Source: Candidatus Nanohaloarchaea archaeon (GTDB lineage Archaea > Nanohalarchaeota > Nanosalinia > Nanosalinales > Nanosalinaceae). Taken from it: a stretch of 26,167 nucleotides of DNA. Positions 16,649 through 24,928 of this stretch are shown piece after piece (the stretch's first letter is position 1; every line of letters starts with the position of its first letter). The DNA is taken from NCBI GenBank assembly GCA_041640035.1, contig JBEQBC010000009.1, positions 1 through 26,167 of the forward strand, read 5' to 3'. The position numbers were made by a program, and so were the translations under genes. The notes beneath the pieces were generated by a model, which ran no database searches, was not told where the DNA came from, and was given only the letters and a program-made list of their open reading frames with translations.

Positions 16649-17507
16649 TAACTCCGGAAGGTAGATCATATGATTCAGCCGCATTGCATGTCATATAGTG
16701 TTTTTCTCTGCGTGAGCCTTCAGCGCATTTTGAATCTACAGCTCGATCCTCGTGGATGTAACTGGTTGGACACTGATCCGCAGGCATAACCTCTTCCGAC
16801 CATCCTACCCGAATTCTGTCGCCGCGTCTATCCATATCAGCATTTTCTCTAACCCAGTAATCTCCGCCTCGATAGGAGGACATTTTGTATGTGCAGGTAC
16901 ATATCTCGGAGGATTGTACTTCCCCCGTAACTTCCAATCCTTCTACTCTTTCGCTCATACTTCTGGATTCGTTCCATTTTGCTGAGATGTTCCTCTGGTA
17001 GTTACAGCTTCTCACAGGTATTTTATTCTCCTCTGAGTTTAGATAGAAGTAGTCGCCGTTCATGTTGCTGGTAACTTCATCGTTAGCAATACTTGGAAGG
17101 CCTTTCAACTCTACGGTTTCACCTTGGTATGCAGCAGTATTGTTATAGATATTTCGATCGCTTGCATCAATAACAAGTTCGGGTGCTGTGTTCAGGAAGG
17201 GTACAATTAGAAATACAGGTAGGAACAACAGTACCGGCCCAAAGTAGATTCCGATAGTTTCACGGTGATTTTCAGGGCTAAAGTATTCATGTATAAGATG
17301 TCGATCTATGAACAACATTACTATTCCTGTTAAAGGAAGTAAAACAGCAAAGGATCCGGCAAAAGCTCCTGCAACTCCTAGCTTGACTGCTTTCCTTTTA
17401 GTTGCTTCGTTAGTGGTGAAAAAGTAGGCTCCTATAAAGTAATATACGGTTCGGAATATAGATGCAAAAATAAAAACTAGAACTAGTTCTATCAAAATCC
17501 TTAACAA
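16620..17507 (-). CDS. Membrane protein (about 3 TM) with Cys-containing extracellular domain
   Basis: Hydrophobic N-terminal third. C-terminal domain has 6 Cys and sequons. TTG start is uncertain. Confidence 0.65.
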   Translation of the reverse strand: MLRILIELVLVFIFASIFRTVYYFIGAYFFTTNEATKRKAVKLGVAGAFAGSFAVLLPLTGIVMLFIDRHLIHEYFSPENHRETIGIYFGPVLLFLPVFLIVPFLNTAPELVIDASDRNIYNNTAAYQGETVELKGLPSIANDEVTSNMNGDYFYLNSEENKIPVRSCNYQRNISAKWNESRSMSERVEGLEVTGEVQSSEICTCTYKMSSYRGGDYWVRENADMDRRGDRIRVGWSEEVMPADQCPTSYIHEDRAVDSKCAEGSRREKHYMTCNAAESYDLPSGVIKWEKIPLL

Positions 17508-17575
17508 CTGTACATCACTTTAACTAAAACTAATGTGTGTTCTCATTGATAAAAATTATAACGAGAAAAGTAGTT

Positions 17576-17685
17576 TAGCGGCGTCCTAACTCTCCCACCG
17601 AAAGGTAGTACCGGTTAGATCGCTGAGAGACTTTACTTCCGTGTTCGGAATGGGTACGGGTGTTGCCCTCTCGCTCTGGCCGCTA
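17576..17685 (-). rRNA. rrf: 5S rRNA (unlinked)
   Basis: TAGCGGC...GCCGCTA terminal helix, conserved CCCGTACCCATTCCGAACACGGAAGTAAAG, GGTACT and GGGAG. Own TTTATAA box at 17711-17717. Confidence 0.96.
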
Positions 17686-17799
17686 TTATGTAACCAATCC
17701 GGGTTAAACCTTATAAACCAAATGATGGTGTTATTCTGGAAGCGCTCAAAGAGTTATTAAACTTGAATCTGTAACCCGTACAAGGTAGCAAAGAAAGAA

Positions 17800-19320
17800 A
17801 TGGTTATGGACAACCGGGATCTCTACGAAATAGTACTCAACAAGGAAGACGAACTGGCAGAACAGTACGACTCACTACCACCTGCCACATCAGACATAGA
17901 TGTAGAAGTCTCAGGAGAAAAAGCCCGAGGAGGAGTCATGCTGGACCACAGCGACCACACAATCTATCTGGATCCATCAGTAACCTACATGAGAACCGAC
18001 CATGTAGAGGAACTAGCAGATTTCGGCATCAAACACCTTAGCTGGCATCCAAACCATGCACTCGGCTTCAGAACCGAAAGATTCAACCAGAGAAACTTCT
18101 ACGGAACAGACTCCGTCAGCGAATATCAGCCGATGATAATGGGAGAACCGGTTGAAGCAAGTACCGAGGAGGCAGTCAGAGACATCTACAGTAACGCAGT
18201 AGACCAGTTCAAACACCTTTTCGAAACAGATTTTGAAACACCGATGCTAAGAATCACGGACGATGTAAGCGAGTACTCCGAATGGTTCGACGACGAACAA
18301 CAGGTAGGATACGAGATAGATGTAGAGAACGATATGATACTTCTCAACCAGGAGATAGTAGGCGACCTACATCCACAGCTCCTGAACGAAGACTTCAGAC
18401 ACATGATCAAACGATACCACGACCTATCCGCAGAACAAGCGGTAGAGAATAGATTTGTACCCTATGTTGAGAATCTGAGACCTGACGGTGAACTGGAAGT
18501 CGAAGATGTAGTGTTCAAAGATCTATCCGATAATACTAGAGGTGCGTACAATCCCGGACAGCAGAGGATGAAGCTGGACTATTCTCTTTTACCTCAGTTT
18601 AATCCGAAAACAGGAAGATTTGAGCATCCTAAAGGGGAATCAACACTTCTACATGAAGAGGTACACGACCTCGACTTTACCGTGAACCAGAACTCCAGAA
18701 ACTACCTGAACGCAGTCTCCGAAACAGATACAGACGATCCAAGGAACGCAGTTCTGGAAGCACCAACCACATTCGAAGTTTTCATGGCAGGATGGAACCG
18801 GAGGCCAGAAGCAGTAGAAGCATTCAAAGAACCTCTGGAAAACCGTGAATTTTTCCGGGACTACCCAGCAACAGATATGACAAGTTCTGACAGCAAGAGC
18901 ATCGCCTATCCCTACAACATGGGATTAATCACAGCTTTAACCCTGCACGAGACGATGATGGATCAACACGGACTGGAGGAAGGAACGGAGACAACCCGGG
19001 ATATACTTTACGGCAATGCCTGGGATCTGGAGCATATGGGAAGAGCATTGGAATCAGCCTTCGAGCAGAAAGAAATACCTAATATACCGAGGCATCTGAG
19101 AGAGACCAAGGAGATAGCGGATGAAGGGGAAGAGGCCTTACTGAATGAAGCCAACCGGATGCTGGAGGAAACTTCAAGTTGGGACCTGGAAGAAGCGGTA
19201 AGAGGCCGTGAACTGGTACATGCTTACGAAAGGAAACATGGATTCAGTGATCCACCTGAGACCATGGATGAGCTTGACAGACTGGTATATCAGATGGAGA
19301 GAGACAGTGAAAGGCTTTGA
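17800..19320 (+). CDS. Zincin-like metallopeptidase with apparent tandem degenerate zincin repeats
   Basis: RGAYNP...TLLHEEVH (nt 18652-18666)...VLEAPT...YPYNMG, preceded by two similar but degenerate modules. Confidence 0.7.
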   Translation: MVMDNRDLYEIVLNKEDELAEQYDSLPPATSDIDVEVSGEKARGGVMLDHSDHTIYLDPSVTYMRTDHVEELADFGIKHLSWHPNHALGFRTERFNQRNFYGTDSVSEYQPMIMGEPVEASTEEAVRDIYSNAVDQFKHLFETDFETPMLRITDDVSEYSEWFDDEQQVGYEIDVENDMILLNQEIVGDLHPQLLNEDFRHMIKRYHDLSAEQAVENRFVPYVENLRPDGELEVEDVVFKDLSDNTRGAYNPGQQRMKLDYSLLPQFNPKTGRFEHPKGESTLLHEEVHDLDFTVNQNSRNYLNAVSETDTDDPRNAVLEAPTTFEVFMAGWNRRPEAVEAFKEPLENREFFRDYPATDMTSSDSKSIAYPYNMGLITALTLHETMMDQHGLEEGTETTRDILYGNAWDLEHMGRALESAFEQKEIPNIPRHLRETKEIADEGEEALLNEANRMLEETSSWDLEEAVRGRELVHAYERKHGFSDPPETMDELDRLVYQMERDSERL

Positions 19321-19374
19321 GCCGGTCTGTAAATCCATTAGATTCAAACAGTTGAAGGAGTTTCAAATCTTGTT

Positions 19375-19602
19375 ATGGAGATAAAGCAGGGTACATCTAG
19401 GGCGATTGCGGCCGTGGCTTTTCTTGGAACTGTTATCACGACTAACTTCATCTACCATTCAATGAACTACAGCAATATACTATCACTTTCGGGAGCGCTT
19501 TTCACAGGTGTGATCACTGCCGGTATCTGGCTTGAGGTCAGCTACAGGTTCCTGGTTAAGCAGGCTACAGCACCGCTTGACAGAATAGTGGGCAGGCAGT
19601 AA
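19375..19602 (+). CDS. Small two-TM membrane protein
   Basis: Two hydrophobic helices in a 75-aa ORF. Confidence 0.65.
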   Translation: MEIKQGTSRAIAAVAFLGTVITTNFIYHSMNYSNILSLSGALFTGVITAGIWLEVSYRFLVKQATAPLDRIVGRQ

Positions 19603-19639
19603 CAAAAACTATTTAAAGTTGTTACTTTATAGTTACAAT

Positions 19640-20185
19640 ATGAATTTTGATGATGTACAGACCTTCGGCGCACAAACCGAAATCGCGCTTGACAACGCAT
19701 ACGAACAAGCTGAAAAAGCAGTAACCGATGTACCGGTTGCTGACGACGAATTTGCAGAAATCAAAGACGCTTACCAAGAAGCCAAATCCGGATACGGAGA
19801 AGCAGTCAGACACGCACATGAAGCTGCAGAAGTAGTAAGACAGGACGAGTTCGGTGAAAACCAGGAAGAGGTTGAAGAAGCAGTAGAACACATAATGCAG
19901 TCCAGAGATATTGCAGAAGACGCCAGAAACGCAGCTCACAGAATGGTAGATAAGGCATACGAACATTCAAAGGATGTTGATAGAGCTGAAAAACTCGAAG
20001 ACACAGGCTTCCCAGTAAAAACACCTAGCGACCATGTAAGCCAAGCTAGAAACTATGTAGAAGACGCCGGAGAAAACTATAACGAAGCAGCTTCAACAGT
20101 CGAAATAGGCATTTCAGACCACACTGATATCGAATACCATTCGATGTTCGGACTAGGCGGAGCGCCAGAAGGCTTCGACATCTAA
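19640..20185 (+). CDS. Hypothetical Ala/Glu-rich helical-bundle protein
   Basis: ATG at 19640 after an ATTTAAA box. Amphipathic helices. Pyrimidine tract downstream. Confidence 0.75.
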   Translation: MNFDDVQTFGAQTEIALDNAYEQAEKAVTDVPVADDEFAEIKDAYQEAKSGYGEAVRHAHEAAEVVRQDEFGENQEEVEEAVEHIMQSRDIAEDARNAAHRMVDKAYEHSKDVDRAEKLEDTGFPVKTPSDHVSQARNYVEDAGENYNEAASTVEIGISDHTDIEYHSMFGLGGAPEGFDI

Positions 20186-20189
20186 AAAA

Positions 20190-20226
20190 CCCCCCTTCTC
20201 TCTTCTTTCTTCCTAATTTCTCTTCC
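20190..20226 (+). terminator. Pyrimidine-rich terminator-like tract
   Basis: CCCCCTTCTCTCTTCTTTCTTCCTAATTTCTCTTCC right after the stop at 20185. Confidence 0.4.
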
Positions 20227-20241
20227 AAAAAAGTTAGAACC

Positions 20242-21195
20242 ATGGAAAGTCTGGAAACACTCGAAAGACAGGCTAGTGAAGCAGTAGACCGGTTCGGACA
20301 GTACGACGAAGACCTACCTGTACGGAGACAACAGGTATCAGAGATACTTGAGGAAGGAGAAACCGCGACTGAAACACAGTTACACAGTTTTCTGGATCAG
20401 AACATAGATTTCTACGACGAAATACTTGACAAAGACTCCGAGGAGCTGAGAGACCAGTTCCACAGAAACACAAGGTACAATCCTTCGAATAGTCAGATAG
20501 TCAGAGATATAGCAAGTCCTTCAAACGCAGCACTAACCGCATTAGCAGGACCGGCGATGTGGAAAATCGCTGAATCTTCAGGATTCCCGGAACTGGCACT
20601 GCCAGTGACAGCAACCTCATTAGCAGTACTGAACTTCAAGGCCAGCGAACTGTCCAGCGACCAGGTCTACATGAGAGGAGACAAAACCATAGGAATAGGA
20701 AAAGACAGGAAAAGTGAGCCTGAAGCCTTCAAAACCACTGCATCCGAACTATTCCACGCCTACCAGGACGAATACGACTCACCAACCTGGACCGACTCAT
20801 TCATGCGTGAAGGACTGGAAAGAGCCATATCAACAAAAGCACTACATGAAACAGAGTTCCACAAACAGGCAGACGCGTACGATGCACACATAATTGTCAA
20901 CGGGTACGCAAAAGCTGCGGAGATAGCCGGTGAAGACCATGAACTGGAGCTAGACGAAGAGACCGAAGTACAGTTACAGGAAGCTATGGATTCTGCGGAA
21001 ACACTTGAGTACAATCTTCCGGCTGCCTTGATATACGCAGCTGAGGAAGAAGATGGCGAAGAGGTTTACGGCCAGTTGTTTGAAGGAGACTACAGCTCTG
21101 TGCAGCCGGGTCTGGATGAGATAAGAAGTGGGGAGAGGTGGGATATGAAGGCGAAAACCGGTTTCTGGAAAGCCATGGACTACCTACCGGTTTAG
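20242..21195 (+). CDS. Degenerate zincin-like protein (SExxH) with hydrophobic hairpin
   Basis: Y..GDKTIGI...TTASELFHAYQ (nt 20743-20757)...FMREGLERA is a gluzincin pattern with the first His replaced by Ser. Confidence 0.6.
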   Translation: MESLETLERQASEAVDRFGQYDEDLPVRRQQVSEILEEGETATETQLHSFLDQNIDFYDEILDKDSEELRDQFHRNTRYNPSNSQIVRDIASPSNAALTALAGPAMWKIAESSGFPELALPVTATSLAVLNFKASELSSDQVYMRGDKTIGIGKDRKSEPEAFKTTASELFHAYQDEYDSPTWTDSFMREGLERAISTKALHETEFHKQADAYDAHIIVNGYAKAAEIAGEDHELELDEETEVQLQEAMDSAETLEYNLPAALIYAAEEEDGEEVYGQLFEGDYSSVQPGLDEIRSGERWDMKAKTGFWKAMDYLPV

Positions 21196-21747
21196 ATCAA
21201 AAGGTAGTCTGTCTTCTATCTTCTCGGAGAAACTGAAGATTGGATCAAGTAACTGAATGTATTCTTCGCCGTAGTAGGCGACCAATGCACCTGCTGAAGC
21301 AGCAAGTACTGATCCAAGTACATCTACCGGCCAGTGCTCACCGATGTAGATCCTTGCGAACCCTGTCAGAATTGCTGCAACAGTCATCAAAGCTCCAAGT
21401 GATTTTCTCTTCCGAGCCAGATAGCCGAATGCTGTTGCGAATACTGCTGCTGTGTGCTGGCTTGGGAACGCGTTTTCATCTGGTTTGGCAGCCACTATCG
21501 TTTCGTAGGTGACTGAAGGGTTTTGATGGCTGTAGATCATTCCGAGTAGGTAGGCTACGATTATACCGGTTACTGCGGATCCGAATGTAAGGACTGAGTC
21601 CTGTTTTCCTTCACGGCCCTGGAACCAGAGATAGATCAGTGTTAGAGGTATGAATATTACGAGATATTCTGCCATGTACACCATTAACTGGTCCAGAACA
21701 GTGTTTCCAGTCAGCGACTGAACGAATTCGAATACAGCCTGATTCAT
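21184..21747 (-). CDS. PAP2 family phosphatase (undecaprenyl/polyprenyl-diphosphatase, BcrC-like)
   Basis: AFPSQH and ARIYIGEHWPVDV motifs, multi-TM. Confidence 0.9.
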   Translation of the reverse strand: MNQAVFEFVQSLTGNTVLDQLMVYMAEYLVIFIPLTLIYLWFQGREGKQDSVLTFGSAVTGIIVAYLLGMIYSHQNPSVTYETIVAAKPDENAFPSQHTAAVFATAFGYLARKRKSLGALMTVAAILTGFARIYIGEHWPVDVLGSVLAASAGALVAYYGEEYIQLLDPIFSFSEKIEDRLPFDLNR

Positions 21748-21852
21748 AAACCGTAATTACAGTTATCAATAGTTAATATCCTTTCCCCCTCCCTCCGTAC
21801 TGAAAGTTGTTCTCGAAAACATGAAATACACCACAACATAAAACCCTATTGT

Positions 21853-22599
21853 ATGCTGGGAAGACAGCACCTGATGTTGACAGTAGCAACCGCTGCAGTG
21901 GTTTTAGCTCCGCTGCTTGAGATGTACCCTGGTTTCGTACTAGTCATGTTCATCGGAGCCGGTATCGGCTCATTGATACCGGATGTAGATGCCGAGGACG
22001 CAGCAGTCTTCCACCAAAACATCAGAGGACTAAACGGTGATATCGGTAAAGCAGTAAACAATTCAATCGGACCATTGCTTCCGTACTTCGGATACAGTAC
22101 CAAGTACCTGATATACAAACCCGCAGTCAAAATATTCGACTTCGTAACACCAGAGAAATACGGTTTCCAGGAGAAACACAGAACCTTTACACATTCTTTC
22201 CTTGGAGTCTTCACTATGACTGGTTTGACTGGAGTTTACCTAACTCCAATACTTATATTGTTGGATCTTTTCAACCCTGTCTTCTTAGCGGCTTTTCTGG
22301 CTGCGTACATGTTAGGTGCTTTCCTACACATGGTTCAGGATAGCTGTACTAAAACAGGTATCGCGTGGAATTCGCCATTCTCACAGTGGAAGCTGAAAGG
22401 CAGTCTCTCCACAGGCAAGGACATCAGAAAACCGAGGTTCTTTCTTATCTGGCTGGGTTTCACTAGCTTAGCGTCTTTCTACCTCAGCCAGGTATACCAG
22501 TTGGAACTGATATTATCTGTACTCGGCAGTGTTTTCCTTATTGTTCTGAGCTGGCTGGTTTTCATGAAACTGGTTTCCAAGGTTGAGCTGAAGAAGTAG
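21853..22599 (+). CDS. Membrane metal-dependent hydrolase (YdjM-like)
   Basis: MxGxxH, GSLIPDVD, HRTFTHS, LHMVQDxxTxxG. Confidence 0.9.
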   Translation: MLGRQHLMLTVATAAVVLAPLLEMYPGFVLVMFIGAGIGSLIPDVDAEDAAVFHQNIRGLNGDIGKAVNNSIGPLLPYFGYSTKYLIYKPAVKIFDFVTPEKYGFQEKHRTFTHSFLGVFTMTGLTGVYLTPILILLDLFNPVFLAAFLAAYMLGAFLHMVQDSCTKTGIAWNSPFSQWKLKGSLSTGKDIRKPRFFLIWLGFTSLASFYLSQVYQLELILSVLGSVFLIVLSWLVFMKLVSKVELKK

Positions 22600-22651
22600 C
22601 GGGGGCTTTTTCCACAAGGGGGTTTATTGTCCTTCAGTACAGAATAACCGT

Positions 22652-23392
22652 ATGGATCAGGGAACGGACTCGATAAAGGTAGATCTTCATGTACACAGCG
22701 AAGGTTCTTACGATGGAAGAGAATCAGTTGAACATATACTTGAACACGCACAGGACATCGGACTGGACGCAGTAGCAGTAACAGACCACAACAGGATAGA
22801 GAAAAGCCTGGAAGCAGCAGAAAAAGCAGAAGAATACGACCTGATCGGTATCAAGGGCGCCGAAGTATCAACCAAGGACGGACATCTTCTCGCACTGGGA
22901 ATCGATGAACTACCGGAGAAAGGACAGCCCTTCATGAAAACAGTCGAGGTAATCAGAGAGATGGGCGGAATCGCTGTAGTACCTCATCCTTTCCAGCGTA
23001 CCCGTCACGGAGTGAAGAAATCCAAAATCGATGACTGTGACGCGGTCGAAACCTACAACTCCTGGCTGTTCACAGGCTGGAGAAACCGGAAAGCCAGAGA
23101 ATACGCGGAGAAAAATGGTTATCCACAGGTCGCGAACAGTGACGCACACATCCTTGGAACAGTAGGAAAGGCGTACACCGAGATAAGCACCGCATTCACT
23201 GACAAAGAAGAGCTGGAAGCAGAGGACATACTGAAAGCAGTGAAAAACGGAAGTAACCATATCCACGGAAAACGGAAACCTGTACATTTGAGTACCCGGG
23301 ATTACGGTAAAGCCATGCTGAAGAAGATCGGCTGGTTCATGAAAGAGACTTTCTTCCTGCCAGTGAAGCTGGAGCGTCGTATTTTCCCTTAG
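22652..23392 (+). CDS. PHP domain metal-dependent phosphoesterase
   Basis: DLHVHS..S.DG, AVTDHN, GAEVS..GHL, PHPF, NSDAH. Confidence 0.92.
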   Translation: MDQGTDSIKVDLHVHSEGSYDGRESVEHILEHAQDIGLDAVAVTDHNRIEKSLEAAEKAEEYDLIGIKGAEVSTKDGHLLALGIDELPEKGQPFMKTVEVIREMGGIAVVPHPFQRTRHGVKKSKIDDCDAVETYNSWLFTGWRNRKAREYAEKNGYPQVANSDAHILGTVGKAYTEISTAFTDKEELEAEDILKAVKNGSNHIHGKRKPVHLSTRDYGKAMLKKIGWFMKETFFLPVKLERRIFP

Positions 23393-23442
23393 CGAAGAAT
23401 TTATTGAATGCTTAGAAATTAAAGGAAAGGAGAAATGAAAAG

Positions 23443-24384
23443 TTAATCTAGTTCCATCATGGTTGCGTATTCCTGGTGCATGGAGTGAGCGAACTTGTAA
23501 ACTTCCTCACCTACTTCTGTAGCTTCACCGTTCTCGTCTAGTAGGCCTGCATCCTTCATTCCTGATAGTGCACCGGATACGGACTGTGCCTGGTATCCTG
23601 AGTCCTCTGCTATATCATCGTAGCTGGCTGATGGATCCTCTGCCTGATGCATGAATATCTTCAGTCTGTTTCCTCCGTCAGGCATCTTTGCGATTGACTG
23701 GAATACCTGGCTGACTTCTTCACTGTAATTTCCTTGGAAGTCAGATTCGTCTACCTGGGAGTCTACTGTTTCTGTGACTTCTGAAGCTGTGCTTGGATCA
23801 AGATCGTACTGATCAACCAGTGAATCTACTTCCTCGCTGAACTGAGTAGATGCGACTGTCTGTCCCAGTTCATTGGCGAATGTGTAGAGCTGTGCACCTG
23901 CTCCATCAATCCTGTGATCGTCAGTGATCAGACCGGCTTCTGCGTACCTATCTAAGTTATTTTCAATGTTATTGTCTTCGTAGCCTAGATCTGATAGTTC
24001 ACTCTGGATATTCTGAGGGTCTACACCGCCTACTTCGAGTTCAACTAGGTCTGTGAAGATGTCAAGTCTTTTGGAGGTTGACTGATGTTTCAGTGCGTTG
24101 AACATCTCTCCAATTGAGTCCAGCGCTTCCTTGTTGTAGCCTTTGCTGGAGGCTGTATCTGCATCTGTGAGAGTAGAATGTAGATCGTCGTCCACTCTTG
24201 TTGCATCTACTGCCTCTGGCATCTGAGTCATGTCAGCGAACTCTCTCGGGTTTTGGTCTTCTGTAGCGGGAGAGCGACTCGGCTGCCTTGTGTTAGGCAT
24301 GGAATTAAGTCCTCTCTCAAGCATGTCATCGTAATCTTCCAGCGATGTTCCCTGCTGGAAATCATCAGACGGGGATGTGCTCAT
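23443..24384 (-). CDS. Tandem winged-helix (ArsR-like) protein
   Basis: Two repeats: MFNAL...RLDIF...LDRYAEAGLI...GAQLY and VFQSI...RLKIF...LSGMKDAGLL...GEEVY. ATG at 24384 preferred. Confidence 0.72.
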   Translation of the reverse strand: MSTSPSDDFQQGTSLEDYDDMLERGLNSMPNTRQPSRSPATEDQNPREFADMTQMPEAVDATRVDDDLHSTLTDADTASSKGYNKEALDSIGEMFNALKHQSTSKRLDIFTDLVELEVGGVDPQNIQSELSDLGYEDNNIENNLDRYAEAGLITDDHRIDGAGAQLYTFANELGQTVASTQFSEEVDSLVDQYDLDPSTASEVTETVDSQVDESDFQGNYSEEVSQVFQSIAKMPDGGNRLKIFMHQAEDPSASYDDIAEDSGYQAQSVSGALSGMKDAGLLDENGEATEVGEEVYKFAHSMHQEYATMMELD

Positions 24385-24472
24385 GTCACAGTAACAACAT
24401 ATTACTTTTTTATATGTTACTACGGTTAAACAGCACAAAGTCTAAATAGTATTACTCACCTATATTACAACC

Positions 24473-24928
24473 ATGACTCCCGAAATCCAAGCCAAACATC
24501 CGGATGTAGAAGTACCCGAAGCAAAGCTGGAACACGCCAGGAAAGCCGTAGAACACGAAGCACAGAGCAGAGACCTCGACCCGGACGGAGAAAAGGCATT
24601 CTTCAGGATAAGATCAGCCTACGCAGAATACATGCAGATAATGGGAGACGAAACAATGGTCGAAAAAAGACCAGATGTCGAAGAAGGACTGGAAATAGCT
24701 GCTGAAAGACTTGACAGCATGAAAAACAACTGGGGACCAGATGGAAAAAGCTACGACGCATTCGAACACGAAGACGACGCAGTGGAGGCCCTCGAAGAAT
24801 TTGTAGACCACTACGAAAATCTCTTAACCCAGTTTGAAAGAGAACAACAAGGACTTCAAGACTACCTAAGCGAATATGACGCAGATGAACCCGACTTCCC
24901 TCCCCCAGAAGAAGACCAGCTATTCTAA
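24473..24928 (+). CDS. Hypothetical helical acidic protein
   Basis: 151-aa ORF with ATG start, divergent from the wHTH gene. Confidence 0.72.
   Translation: MTPEIQAKHPDVEVPEAKLEHARKAVEHEAQSRDLDPDGEKAFFRIRSAYAEYMQIMGDETMVEKRPDVEEGLEIAAERLDSMKNNWGPDGKSYDAFEHEDDAVEALEEFVDHYENLLTQFEREQQGLQDYLSEYDADEPDFPPPEEDQLF

Noticed and set aside
1860-24928. Short 3' overlaps of convergent genes (1860-1863, 10324-10343, 16620-16648, 21184-21195, 24925-24928)
   Set aside because: These are ordinary for a compact genome, and nothing indicates a special function.
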